A stretch of 64,000 nucleotides of DNA from a virus (Duplodnaviria > Caudoviricetes): positions 1,263-65,262 of IMG/VR virus record IMGVR_UViG_3300028045_000013; one strand, 5' to 3'. The translations under genes were made by a program, and so were the position numbers. Below are positions 29,768-39,142 of this stretch, in pieces (positions within the stretch are counted from its first letter, which is position 1; each line of letters starts with the position of its first letter). The notes under the pieces are model-generated. The model had not been told where the DNA came from, searched no databases, and worked only from the letters and a program-made list of their open reading frames with translations.

Positions 29768-30002
29768 CTTTCTTTACTCCTTTTGTTTTTGTTATAAACG
29801 CTGACTTTTTACATTCTAGAAAAACGGAACGTCCTCCTCTAATAGGAGTAGCTACCCATAAAGGGGAACCAAAGAATAACAACCATCTTTCTTTTCTAGT
29901 TAATTTGAACTTCTTTAAATATAGATTAGCTACAGGATTTCTAAATGTAGTCCCATCTGAATCATTTGCTTCTTTGAATTTAACTTCCTTCATTTGGTTC
30001 AA
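29757..30002 (-). CDS. Hypothetical protein
   Basis: Overlapping operon ORF; KLT.KER..L pattern. Confidence 0.65.
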   Translation of the reverse strand: MNQMKEVKFKEANDSDGTTFRNPVANLYLKKFKLTRKERWLLFFGSPLWVATPIRGGRSVFLECKKSAFITKTKGVKKDEK

Positions 30003-30735
30003 TCTCCTTTGTATAGATCTCTAAGGTATCTATGTCTAGAGGAAGTAATTGTCCTATTTTGAGTTTCTTCACTTCTTTATCTTGTACATTTTCTACAATC
30101 CGTTTCCCTAGATCTATAGTTTCCTTAACACTAGTTAAAGCTACAGAGGTTCCATAATCTTCCGAGTTTTTAACTTCTGGTGCTACTTTATTTATTGCTT
30201 CTGTAAATCCAGAAACTACCAACTTTAATTGACCTAGTCTGTAAGATATTAACCTAACGTGATTCATATAGATTTGTACTTTCGAGACTCCTGTAAATAA
30301 ACACTTCCACCAATTCTTAGAGAGTTTTTTATCATAAGTATGAGAAAGTTGCAAGTCTAAACTGTCTAATAACTCCTTACAAGTGTCTGAGAGGATATCT
30401 ATAGAACTTACAAAACAAAGTATGCCATTATGCTTGTACTCCAATGAATCCTCATATTTCTGAGGCACTGTAGTTGTCAACTCATAGTTAATAGTATGTA
30501 GTTCATTTAATAGGGCCACAATGAGGTTTACATTATCTTCTGTGAATACATAGTATAGATCCTTATCAGAACCCCAAGGGATTACTGGTTCTTCCTCTAC
30601 TTCTAAAGGAACTACCCCTGTAGCTACTTCATTCTGAAATATAGGTGTAGCTACTTCATTCTGAAACACTGCTACTTCTTGTGGTACTTCTGCTAGTATA
30701 GCTTCTTGTTCTGGTGTTAGTGTTACTCCACTCAT
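29980..30735 (-). CDS. Hypothetical protein with a short N-terminal tandem repeat (FQNEVAT x2)
   Basis: Long ORF, ATGA-coupled. Confidence 0.75.
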   Translation of the reverse strand: MSGVTLTPEQEAILAEVPQEVAVFQNEVATPIFQNEVATGVVPLEVEEEPVIPWGSDKDLYYVFTEDNVNLIVALLNELHTINYELTTTVPQKYEDSLEYKHNGILCFVSSIDILSDTCKELLDSLDLQLSHTYDKKLSKNWWKCLFTGVSKVQIYMNHVRLISYRLGQLKLVVSGFTEAINKVAPEVKNSEDYGTSVALTSVKETIDLGKRIVENVQDKEVKKLKIGQLLPLDIDTLEIYTKEIEPNEGS

Positions 30736-31106
30736 GTTATCGGTGTCCTTTTTATCTTTGGTAAGTTACTATTATTCCTATCTTCGAGAGCTTTTTCCTT
30801 TTTAGATTTATAATTTTTCGCCATTGTCTTTCTATACTTCTCTATACGTCTTTCCTGTATATCCTTATAAGTTATATTAGTGTTAGGTTCATACACGGGT
30901 GTGTGTGCAGCATTATATAGTATTATTAGTTCTATAGGAGTATATTTGTCCCGCCTACTTTGTATAGATATATAAGAAAAGTTAGGACAAAAAGTAGTTA
31001 TAAATTCAGGGATAGTGTAAACCTTTCCTTCTACACGCATGTAAATACGGTTTCCTTTATAGAACCATCCTTGTTTTACCTTCTTCCTCTTCCTCTTACC
31101 GGCCAT
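30732..31106 (-). CDS. Basic putative DNA-binding protein
   Basis: Lys/Arg-rich; VEGK.YTI.E....SY..I..R pattern. Confidence 0.55.
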   Translation of the reverse strand: MAGKRKRKKVKQGWFYKGNRIYMRVEGKVYTIPEFITTFCPNFSYISIQSRRDKYTPIELIILYNAAHTPVYEPNTNITYKDIQERRIEKYRKTMAKNYKSKKEKALEDRNNSNLPKIKRTPIT

Positions 31107-31638
31107 ACTTAATTTCCTTTTCCATATAGTATTTCATCATAAGTAAACCATCTCCATCCTTATGCTTACGTAATAGAACTTCATGTTCAGGATATAGTTT
31201 AATAGCCTTCTGCATACTTGCCATTTTAAGAGCAGCAGAACCCTTTATGTTTCTAGGGAGTAGAGAGGACTGCCATTCCCTTGAATCAATGAATTCGTAA
31301 CTTACGTTAGAGTAACGTCTATTGACTTGTTCTATCACTATTAGTGTAGCTTCTAAGCATCTCAATGCAGAACCTGTAGCCACAAAGTTCCTAGGATTAA
31401 CCATAGGACGCTCAATCACTACTCTTACAAAATCTGCACGTTTAGCATAATATACAAGGAACTTCCTAAATTCAAGAACATTCAAACGAGTTACATTTAC
31501 TTTCTTTTTCTGATAGTTCTGTTCCTTAAATGAAGGGGTTTTAATGAATCTAGTTTCTCCATTAAAATGACCCCCTATAGTTCCTGTGACTCCATTATCT
31601 ACTCCTATGTAAGCATTGGTTATATGTGGCACAATCAT
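31096..31638 (-). CDS. RuvC-like Holliday junction resolvase
   Basis: YIGVDNG..G, VVIE.P, .WQ, D.DGLL; start moved to follow the AGGAGG RBS. Confidence 0.8.
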   Translation of the reverse strand: MIVPHITNAYIGVDNGVTGTIGGHFNGETRFIKTPSFKEQNYQKKKVNVTRLNVLEFRKFLVYYAKRADFVRVVIERPMVNPRNFVATGSALRCLEATLIVIEQVNRRYSNVSYEFIDSREWQSSLLPRNIKGSAALKMASMQKAIKLYPEHEVLLRKHKDGDGLLMMKYYMEKEIKYGR

Positions 31639-31639
31639 A

Positions 31640-32494
31640 TTATCTCCTCCTAGCATAGTACCTCCTCCATTCTTTTTCAAAATTAATATCGTAGCAGTCT
31701 TCTATAACAGTTTGATTTTCTTTTGTCAATCTATTACGAAGGAACTTATAGTTCTTAGGGATTCCACTTAGAGGCAATGTTACTAACCAGTGGTTCCTAA
31801 TAAAGGTAGTAGTTAGATGGGTTTGTATTGTTTTGTAAGCCTGACAGGAAGTGCTTAACTTCTCATTCAAGTATTTAATTGCTGTCTTTTCCCCTACTCC
31901 CGGAATCCCCGGAACTTCATCAGACCCGCATCCACCTAGAGCTTTGACTAGATTCCATTCAGTAGGTTCTATATCATATTTATGAATGAAGTTTGTTTTA
32001 TCAAATAACTCATTAGATCTACAACTGAAGATGCCTATTAAGTTCTTATTTTTAAGTATCTGAAATAGATCATTGTCATTAGCTACTATAACAAACCTCT
32101 TATTAGGATAGTTCTCTACTATCTGGGCCATAGTGTCATCAGCTTCATAACCTTCTATTTCAATATGATTTAGAAACCCTAGTCCCGGTAAGACTACTTC
32201 CTTTAATAGTTTCCTTTGCTCAAACATATTAGGAAGGTTAGGATCTTCTTTTTTCTTTTTAGCCCTAGTCTGTTTGTAGAATGTATGCTTCTTCTGTCTT
32301 ATAGAAACAGGGCTATCCCAGAAGAAGATAAGATCACTTGTATGAAACTCTTCCATTAGTTGCAAGACTCTATTTATAAAACCTTGAATAACACAAATAG
32401 GAGACTCCTGATCTTTACAGCCATAGTAGACTGTATAGCAGATATGACTACAATCTACTAATACCTTTTTCTTCTTTATCTTTATCCTTGACAT
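31640..32494 (-). CDS. 5'-3' exonuclease/flap endonuclease (PolI N-terminal or T4 RNase H family)
   Basis: LVD, FFWD, YK..R, GYEADD, DNDL.Q, L.G..SD.VPGIPGVGEKTA. Confidence 0.93.
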   Translation of the reverse strand: MSRIKIKKKKVLVDCSHICYTVYYGCKDQESPICVIQGFINRVLQLMEEFHTSDLIFFWDSPVSIRQKKHTFYKQTRAKKKKEDPNLPNMFEQRKLLKEVVLPGLGFLNHIEIEGYEADDTMAQIVENYPNKRFVIVANDNDLFQILKNKNLIGIFSCRSNELFDKTNFIHKYDIEPTEWNLVKALGGCGSDEVPGIPGVGEKTAIKYLNEKLSTSCQAYKTIQTHLTTTFIRNHWLVTLPLSGIPKNYKFLRNRLTKENQTVIEDCYDINFEKEWRRYYARRR

Positions 32495-32672
32495 CAGTTT
32501 TCCTTATTTTCCTATGGGACGGTGTGTAGTAGTATGTGGAATACACTTTACCAAGAGGGGTATACCATTCCTTTTTAACAGTCCCACATTCAGTACACCA
32601 AGATAGTTTATAGAAAGTAGGCCCTGTCATTAATTCAAGCCATTTTTTGGGCCTGCACTTAGTGAGTTTCAT
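32448..32672 (-). CDS. Small zinc-ribbon protein
   Basis: WCTECG motif. Confidence 0.55.
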   Translation of the reverse strand: MKLTKCRPKKWLELMTGPTFYKLSWCTECGTVKKEWYTPLGKVYSTYYYTPSHRKIRKTDVKDKDKEEKGISRL

Positions 32673-32673
32673 T

Positions 32674-32970
32674 CTACTTTGCCTTTTCTACAGTAAATCC
32701 TTTTAACACTAGACCATTAGTAAAACGTACATAAGCCCTTTCAGGATTCCCATGTCCACAACAGGCATTATTAACACCCGGTAGTACTCCAAGACAAGTA
32801 TCTACTTCTCCTTCTCCTAGTGTAAAGTGAGAACCACATCTAACGCATGGTCTAGTATCTCCACCAGTTGCAGGAAGACGTTCTTTAGTATCTTCATAAA
32901 CCCAATAGCCATCTTCTTCTGTTCCTATCCAAATAATTGGGTGTCCTCTGAAATCACTTCTTGCTGACAT
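32674..32970 (-). CDS. Cys-rich phage hypothetical protein
   Basis: RGHPI, CVRCG, D.CLG.LPGV.NACCGHG. Confidence 0.7.
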   Translation of the reverse strand: MSARSDFRGHPIIWIGTEEDGYWVYEDTKERLPATGGDTRPCVRCGSHFTLGEGEVDTCLGVLPGVNNACCGHGNPERAYVRFTNGLVLKGFTVEKAK

Positions 32971-33841
32971 TTCCTTCCTCCTGAGAATCCCCTTTTTTGT
33001 AAGAAGGTTTCTTTTCCTGCTCTACTATAGAGTTGATTTCCCTTTTAAGATACCAAAGAGCTTTCTGTAGATCTTCCAATCTCTTCTCTTTCTTCCCAGC
33101 CCTACTAATATACTTCACTGTATTACCTAGACAAAAACCTAACTCCCAAGCTTCTATAACTTTTATAGCTTCATAAGGAGTATCCCCACCATAATGAATA
33201 GGATGATTAACTGCTTCCTTCAATGGGGGTTTCGGGATATCCAAGTCAAAGTTCTCTTTCACTTGATTAACCTCTAGGTCTTTATTCAAAGAGTTTCCTA
33301 TTTCTAGATTAAGAGTGTTATATAGTTCTCCATCAGCAGCACACGCTACCCATATTTTATTCATTTCCAATTTTATATTTCTTTGAGGTTCTGTAAGGGA
33401 TGTAAGACAGAACCTAATCCCTACAAACTTTTTACTTGTGTAAGGATCTATTACAATATCCCGTATGGTGTAATCAGTGTTGCCACTAAATCTATTTAAA
33501 GCATCTGTTATTTTCTTTTCTATATCTTTATTATTCATTTCTGTAATTCCTGTAGGTTCAGGGATAATGTATTTTGGAGCAGTGGGGGCCTTCTCTATTA
33601 GTTCATTAAGTTTGTGGTTTAGTGTAGTTTTAGATGCTTTTATAATAAAATCCCTATCTATATAAATAGGACCTACATAAAGCCCTGTGGGGAAGGAACC
33701 AGTCAACTGAAAACATATCTGAAATCTAGTATATGGTTCTTCATAATCTATAACAAGATTACTGAGTGAATGTGGTATCCCACCACTATAGATAATATTT
33801 AAAGCTTCTGTAAGTATGGCTGCTACATCTTTGTTATTCAT
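32954..33841 (-). CDS. DUF3310-like domain protein with duplicated N-terminal domain
   Basis: VNHP.HY...FCLGN.VKYISRAGKK...EDL.KA.WYL; two MNNKD...L(T/D).ALN units. Confidence 0.8.
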   Translation of the reverse strand: MNNKDVAAILTEALNIIYSGGIPHSLSNLVIDYEEPYTRFQICFQLTGSFPTGLYVGPIYIDRDFIIKASKTTLNHKLNELIEKAPTAPKYIIPEPTGITEMNNKDIEKKITDALNRFSGNTDYTIRDIVIDPYTSKKFVGIRFCLTSLTEPQRNIKLEMNKIWVACAADGELYNTLNLEIGNSLNKDLEVNQVKENFDLDIPKPPLKEAVNHPIHYGGDTPYEAIKVIEAWELGFCLGNTVKYISRAGKKEKRLEDLQKALWYLKREINSIVEQEKKPSYKKGDSQEEGNVSKK

Positions 33842-34073
33842 TTTCTGCTCCTTTCCTACAAATACATTCATCTTCCCATGCCCATCTTCTAATATATGCT
33901 TTCCTTAAAGAAATAAGAATATTCCTTTCTAGCTCTGAGCATACGCATCCATCCATAACAACAGTCCATCCTGTTCTTTTGTGCATTCCATAATCCCTAT
34001 CAAACTCTAGACTGAAAGACCTCATAGGAATGAATAGTAACTTCCTGAGAAATACCTTATGTTTATACTTCAT
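33834..34073 (-). CDS. Hypothetical protein
   Basis: Operon ORF, probable start MKYKHK. Confidence 0.55.
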   Translation of the reverse strand: MKYKHKVFLRKLLFIPMRSFSLEFDRDYGMHKRTGWTVVMDGCVCSELERNILISLRKAYIRRWAWEDECICRKGAENE

Positions 34074-34494
34074 AATAAACATCCCACCCACATTCAGTAC
34101 ACCACATATCACCAAACGAATTCTCCAATAGAAAACCATAACCACAATGAGGGCAATCTTTAGCTATTAAAGAACCTGTGTATTCAGCTTCGAATTCAGG
34201 ATTACAAATAGAACACCCATCTCCTACTAACTGCGTTCTTAAAGAACAAGAACATATACTGTTGTTTATTCTGGCATGATGATCTAGTATCTCATTCCCA
34301 ACACTACAAATCTCCACATGATCAGCAGAAAGAGGAACGTACTTTAAGGACTCTTCTATAAGGCGTTGCTGAAATAGTTTACTTTTCTTCCTTCTAGCTA
34401 TGATAATCCTAACTTCCTTATAGGGGGCTGCTATTAAAAAAGCTATAAAGAAACCAAACAGACATAACAGACCTGAAATAAAAGTATCACTCAT
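34063..34494 (-). CDS. Membrane-anchored Cys-rich protein
   Basis: N-terminal TM helix; CSC, C..CNP, CPHCG and CTECG. Confidence 0.65.
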   Translation of the reverse strand: MSDTFISGLLCLFGFFIAFLIAAPYKEVRIIIARRKKSKLFQQRLIEESLKYVPLSADHVEICSVGNEILDHHARINNSICSCSLRTQLVGDGCSICNPEFEAEYTGSLIAKDCPHCGYGFLLENSFGDMWCTECGWDVYYEV

Positions 34495-34715
34495 TAACTT
34501 CCTCTTTTCTTTATCTCTTCCTTTATGAGTTCTTTAATAGTGTGAACCCATGAAGGAGTAAGATCTCTATGCGGGATATGCTTTTTAGACAACTCTGCAT
34601 GTTCTGCTTCTAGTTCTTGTATCTTCTTTTCTAGATAAGCCTTCCGTTCTCTAGTAGCTGTGTGTTTAAGTTCCTCTTCTACTCCTATTTCTATTAACTC
34701 TTTTAGTGTATTCAT
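34494..34715 (-). CDS. Coiled-coil protein, paralog of 34712..34957
   Basis: TL.EL...G.EE.L...KI.ELE.E...TP.W..TI..LI. Confidence 0.7.
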   Translation of the reverse strand: MNTLKELIEIGVEEELKHTATRERKAYLEKKIQELEAEHAELSKKHIPHRDLTPSWVHTIKELIKEEIKKRGS

Positions 34716-34957
34716 ATAGGTTTTTCCCTTTCTTCCATCTTTTCTTTCACACCAGCTTCTATAAGTAAACCTATAGTCCTTTGCCATTTAGGAGTAAAAC
34801 CCCAACCGTGAGGTTTACTGTTTAGATCATCTCGTTCTTTTTCTAATTCTTTTATCTTATTATCTAAGGTGTCTATTCTTTTATTCCTATCAATATAGGA
34901 TAGGTGTTCTTCTATTCCTTCTTTTACTAAGTCTGCTAGCGTTAGTTCAGTACTCAT
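34712..34957 (-). CDS. Coiled-coil protein, paralog of 34494..34715
   Basis: Start MSTELTLADL; shared pattern with its neighbour. Confidence 0.7.
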   Translation of the reverse strand: MSTELTLADLVKEGIEEHLSYIDRNKRIDTLDNKIKELEKERDDLNSKPHGWGFTPKWQRTIGLLIEAGVKEKMEEREKPI

Positions 34958-35255
34958 AATAATCCCATTTCTTCTACTATATGTTTGTTCACCTTTAATT
35001 TTTATGCGATAAAATGGATATGTGAGATCACCCAGAATATTCCTTCCCAAGTAACCCATCCAAGAAAAGTGACAATCAAAAACACAATCATAATTCCAAA
35101 AAACCCAATATTTAGTCCATCAAACATAGCCTTCTCCTCTAGCCTAACCAGAGCCTGAACCCTACGAGGAACACGCCCCTCATGTTAATGTTAATCGATA
35201 GGTGTTTTTCTATTCCTTCTTTTACTACGTCTGCTAGTGTTAGTTCAGTACTCAT
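34899..35255. repeat. 59-bp direct repeat (34899-34957 and 35197-35255)
   Basis: 56 of 59 positions identical by manual alignment. Confidence 0.9.
35002..35127 (-). CDS. 41-aa membrane peptide (below the track cutoff)
   Basis: AGGAG RBS; MFDGLNIGFFGIMIVFLIVTFLGWVTWEGIFWVISHIHFIA. Confidence 0.7.
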   Translation of the reverse strand: MFDGLNIGFFGIMIVFLIVTFLGWVTWEGIFWVISHIHFIA

Positions 35256-37042
35256 TACTGATCACTCCATATAAGATCGTTAGGTACATGTTCCTGCACT
35301 GCGAATCTAAGGGCTTTCCCTAGAGGTGTAAACTTCTCTCTTTTCCTACTTTTAGTACGTAGAGTAGTATCAGTTCCTATACCAGCAGCTACACAAGAAG
35401 ATTTAGATGTAGGATGATATGCTGTTATTATAGAATTTCCATTACATATAGAAGGCTGCATACTCCAATCCTTAAATATATCTTCCGCTTCAAATTTAAC
35501 TGAATCAAACAACGTAGGGCATTTCTTTACTAACTCCATATATAGAGGCTGCATCACTTCTCTCATTTGTGGATGAGCTGTCTTGTCACATCGAAGCATA
35601 AACATATGTCTCCAGTCTCTCATGTTTGTAGTAATTACAAGTTCAGTCTTTAGAGAATTAGGGAGTACAGATCTAGCTTCTTCAGGTTTCCACCCATCTT
35701 TTATTAAACTATCATAGTCTTCTTGAGCACCCAATATAGACCACATCCAGCGACTTTCTGTAGAAGGTTCAAGGACCGTACTGATTGATTCCACTTTCCA
35801 GTTTCCTAGAAACTTATCATCCATCCAACAAGGAAGTATAAACTGCATTTCTTTTCCTTGATAATTAACATAGCGAGTTGATTCTTGGGAATTATGTACT
35901 ACTAAACCATTCGCTACAAAGTTATGAGGCTCCTCTTCCATCTCTATATCAAATGTTCTGTTTTTACCACATGGTATAATAGATACTATCTCATCACTAA
36001 AAACAGAGAGTACACCACTCCCTACATGAAAAGCTTTATGACAACTCCTACATAGGAATTTAATATTTTCCTTTTCATTATTAGTCGGGTCCTTATCCAT
36101 ATGGTGGCGTTCTAGATGCTCTTTAGAACCACAACCCCAACAAATATCAGGGGTATACATTTTATTAGCTCTTAAATATCCTGCCGAGCTGCCTATAGCA
36201 TCTCCTTTCCATCTGGGGTTCTTTTCTCCCGTCATCCGTTTACTTATCTCATCACACTCTTTGTATGTTTTCTTTCTACCATAACCCCCCTTTCTATTTT
36301 TACGCATTGAAAGTGGTTTGTTAATATTATGTTTACGTAGAGTTCTTGTAACTATACTAACACAACATCCCATCAACACAGCCATTTCTTTTAAGGTGTT
36401 GTTTTCTTCTATATACTTCTTATATAACCATTCTTTATTATCATATAAATCTAGACCATTAGCTGTTAATCTATCCCCTGCTTTTAGATTCCCTAGTTTC
36501 TGCCACCCTTCATCTGTTAGGAAACGATGTTGTGCTGTAGCTTTTATAGATCTGCCACTAACACATTTTACTTCTAGTAAATCCTTAACCCCAGAATCTA
36601 TAATACTTTTAATTTTATTACGTACTAGAATCCCATCTTTATTTACACTTCTCAGTCTGATTAGTTTTAAACGACCTTTACGTTTAGGGTCATTTTGGTA
36701 ATCCCAAAGTTGTTTCAGCGTCCATCTTTTTGAGGTCTTACTTTTTCCACCTTTAAAAGCTGTAACTACAGTATCTTCATCTAGGCAGAAACCACAATGT
36801 CTATGTCTTACAAACTCATGGCTAACACCACGATCTATAACAAACCTTACAGTTATACTAGCATGTTCCAATGTACTTTCATGTCCATTTTCTATAATAG
36901 TACGTATAAGCTTATCTGCTGTTCCAGCGTTGATTTCCTTCTCTGACTTGTAGCAAGTCCTTATAGCCTTTTCTAAAGCTATAGTAACCTCATCCCAATC
37001 TGGTTCATTTACAATTTCATATGATGGTTTAATTAATTCCAT
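35255..37042 (-). CDS. thyX: Flavin-dependent thymidylate synthase ThyX containing an intein
   Basis: GHES.LEH, R.VSHE.VRHR...F[intein]SQESTRY, E.ARSVLPN, N.R.WRH...LR....AHPQ.R. Confidence 0.95.
   Translation of the reverse strand: MELIKPSYEIVNEPDWDEVTIALEKAIRTCYKSEKEINAGTADKLIRTIIENGHESTLEHASITVRFVIDRGVSHEFVRHRHCGFCLDEDTVVTAFKGGKSKTSKRWTLKQLWDYQNDPKRKGRLKLIRLRSVNKDGILVRNKIKSIIDSGVKDLLEVKCVSGRSIKATAQHRFLTDEGWQKLGNLKAGDRLTANGLDLYDNKEWLYKKYIEENNTLKEMAVLMGCCVSIVTRTLRKHNINKPLSMRKNRKGGYGRKKTYKECDEISKRMTGEKNPRWKGDAIGSSAGYLRANKMYTPDICWGCGSKEHLERHHMDKDPTNNEKENIKFLCRSCHKAFHVGSGVLSVFSDEIVSIIPCGKNRTFDIEMEEEPHNFVANGLVVHNSQESTRYVNYQGKEMQFILPCWMDDKFLGNWKVESISTVLEPSTESRWMWSILGAQEDYDSLIKDGWKPEEARSVLPNSLKTELVITTNMRDWRHMFMLRCDKTAHPQMREVMQPLYMELVKKCPTLFDSVKFEAEDIFKDWSMQPSICNGNSIITAYHPTSKSSCVAAGIGTDTTLRTKSRKREKFTPLGKALRFAVQEHVPNDLIWSDQ
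35891..36787 (-). mobile_element. 299-aa intein with HTH, NUMOD3-like and HNH endonuclease modules
   Basis: N-terminal CLDEDT, block B AT.QH.FLT..GW, C-terminal HNFVANGLVVHN then Ser; CxxC..HH.D....NN..NI..LC..CH...H. Confidence 0.93.
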
Positions 37043-37686
37043 TAGTCTGTTTCTCCAAATATATCTAACAGTGCTTGCCGGTTATCTCTACTTTCCTTAA
37101 TACATCTTAGTCTCATGCTTCTAATTGTGCTGTCACTTCCTTCTAGGACAGGAGCATTACGCAATCTGTCTAATTTCTTTTGCTGGGCATATATTCCTCT
37201 ATAATTAATTCCATTTTCTATTTCCTTTTTTTCGAATATAACTACCAAACCCCTATCATTATAATTCTTATAACACCGAGGGCATAACGTAACTAGCTTT
37301 CCTGATTTTGTTAGGCCTACTACTGTAGGTTTATCAGGGCAATGATTATCTTTAAGGTCTACTACAGAGCACAATTTCATAGGAATACTATAAGTGTTGA
37401 AAGGCCTATGTGTAAATGGGTCCTTTATTGGATGATTACTTACTCCTCCAACATCAATAACAGTAGCCGCAAGGTCAACCTCTTGTAATATTCTCTTTCT
37501 ACCTTCTAACGCTACACGTTCTATTTCTTTTAATTCTGATTTACGTGCTTTAGTATGTTTAGTATAAAGATTATACCAAAGGTTACTATGAAGAAATGTC
37601 AGTAGTATTCCATTTCTTCTGAAACGGTTGTAGCTGAGTTTAAGTAATACTATTCTATTTTTCCATGATGGATGATAAGACATCAA
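37042..37686 (-). CDS. Hypothetical protein with Cys motifs
   Basis: LCPRCY; coupled to thyX. Confidence 0.65.
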   Translation of the reverse strand: MMSYHPSWKNRIVLLKLSYNRFRRNGILLTFLHSNLWYNLYTKHTKARKSELKEIERVALEGRKRILQEVDLAATVIDVGGVSNHPIKDPFTHRPFNTYSIPMKLCSVVDLKDNHCPDKPTVVGLTKSGKLVTLCPRCYKNYNDRGLVVIFEKKEIENGINYRGIYAQQKKLDRLRNAPVLEGSDSTIRSMRLRCIKESRDNRQALLDIFGETD

Positions 37687-37822
37687 TTATACCCTCTACT
37701 GTTTCTGCTATATCTCCTAGTTTTGTAGATAGGGTAGTAAGTTCCTCACTACATCCTAGTCCTTCCACTAATACCATAGCTTCGTGAATATCTTTTAATA
37801 CTTTATGTTTACTAATGTTCAT
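37655..37822 (-). CDS. Small hypothetical protein
   Basis: GGAG RBS then MNISKHK. Confidence 0.55.
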   Translation of the reverse strand: MNISKHKVLKDIHEAMVLVEGLGCSEELTTLSTKLGDIAETVEGIIDVLSSIMEK

Positions 37823-37826
37823 TTCT

Positions 37827-38894
37827 TTACTCTCCAAATTTAGGAACTCTATTACCAGCCGCTTTATCTTCAAAGGCATCCCAAGCTTTCTGTACTATAG
37901 CGCGGACTTCCTTCATCTTCTTATTCTTTTCTATGTACTGAATCAATTTCTTTCTAGTCCCTTCAAACTTCCATTGAGGAACTACATAAGCCTGTGCTGT
38001 TTTCTTCCTCCACACTTTCATTTTTACTAGGAAGTCTATACAGGAAGTGATGTCATCTACGCCATAGTTATAGTAAATATGCAATTCAAACTTCTTATAC
38101 TTCCCAGTGATCTTATTCTTAGATACTTCAATCTGAATTCTAATACCTACAGTTGTATCTATTCCATTAATGGTCTCTTTGATCTTTCCTAATTCTGTTA
38201 ACCACATTTCAACTGAGCTATAGAATTTAAGAGCCTTCCCTCCTGCTCTTGTCCTCTTCTTTCTAGACATAGGGTCTATATTATCCCTAGTCTGTGAGAT
38301 TATAATAAGAATAGAACTGGACTTCTTAATAGTACCAGTTATCTGTCTGAAGAAACTAGAAGCCTTCTTAGCTTTCCCCATTCCATAAGATCCTGCTGTT
38401 TCCTTCCCATCCTCATGAGCCTGTAGCCGCTTCTTAGTATGCTCCTCCTCATCTTTATCTGATATACTGTCAAAACTATCTAGAACATACAAAGAAGGAT
38501 TTATCAATTCATTCCTAGCGTTCACTTCAAAGTCTTCAAACAATTGGGAGGATTCTGATAGACCTTCTTTGTTTCTAGGATTCCTCATTTCGCCAGCTGC
38601 TTTCTTACCAAATAAATATTGTTTATTAAAACAGTCGGCGTTCTCTGCATCATCTAGAATCTTAGAGTGTTCCATAAAATTAGGATCATAGCAACCACAA
38701 GCCAAAGCAGTTAAGGCTAGAAATGTTTTACCTGAACTGCTATCTCCTATAATATTGAGCATTATTCCTGTAGGTATACCTCCTGCTGCTTTATCACAGA
38801 TAGCCAAGTTAAGTAGAGTACTTCCAGTATCTAGATAGAGTCTGTTGCCTTTACTCTTTTTCCATTGCCTATATTCTTTGTATGTTACCCGCAT
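37827..38894 (-). CDS. RecA/UvsX-like recombinase
   Basis: TGS.LLN.A, G.SSSGKT, DAE, VLDS, ISQ.R, GGKALKFYSS, KNK. Confidence 0.92.
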   Translation of the reverse strand: MRVTYKEYRQWKKSKGNRLYLDTGSTLLNLAICDKAAGGIPTGIMLNIIGDSSSGKTFLALTALACGCYDPNFMEHSKILDDAENADCFNKQYLFGKKAAGEMRNPRNKEGLSESSQLFEDFEVNARNELINPSLYVLDSFDSISDKDEEEHTKKRLQAHEDGKETAGSYGMGKAKKASSFFRQITGTIKKSSSILIIISQTRDNIDPMSRKKRTRAGGKALKFYSSVEMWLTELGKIKETINGIDTTVGIRIQIEVSKNKITGKYKKFELHIYYNYGVDDITSCIDFLVKMKVWRKKTAQAYVVPQWKFEGTRKKLIQYIEKNKKMKEVRAIVQKAWDAFEDKAAGNRVPKFGE

Positions 38895-38954
38895 TAGAAC
38901 TTACCTCTCTTTGATAGTAGCTACGTTGACTTCTATACTGTTTATAAGTGATGC

Positions 38955-39035
38955 GACTAGAAACAAACCAACCACCTGTTTTAGTCTTCCTGTTATATAC
39001 TAGAAAGACAATTAGGTTTATGGCTTGCTCTAGTC
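38955..39035 (-). other. Long imperfect RNA hairpin between the SSB terminator and recA
   Basis: GACUAGAGCAAGCCA/UGGUUUGUUUCUAGUC outer stem; ACCU/AGGU and GUCUUUCU/AGGAAGAC inner stems. Confidence 0.6.
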
Positions 39036-39071
39036 TTGTATACTTCTCATTCTCTACTGCTAGGTGAGGAG

Positions 39072-39096
39072 GAAAAAAGGGACCTAAGCCCCTTCT
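39072..39096 (-). terminator. Rho-independent terminator after SSB
   Basis: AAGGGGC-TTAG-GTCCCTT followed by a T tract. Confidence 0.7.
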
Positions 39097-39142
39097 CAAT
39101 ATCTCTAAAAATACAGTAGATTTAGAAGCTAGAAATTCCCCT

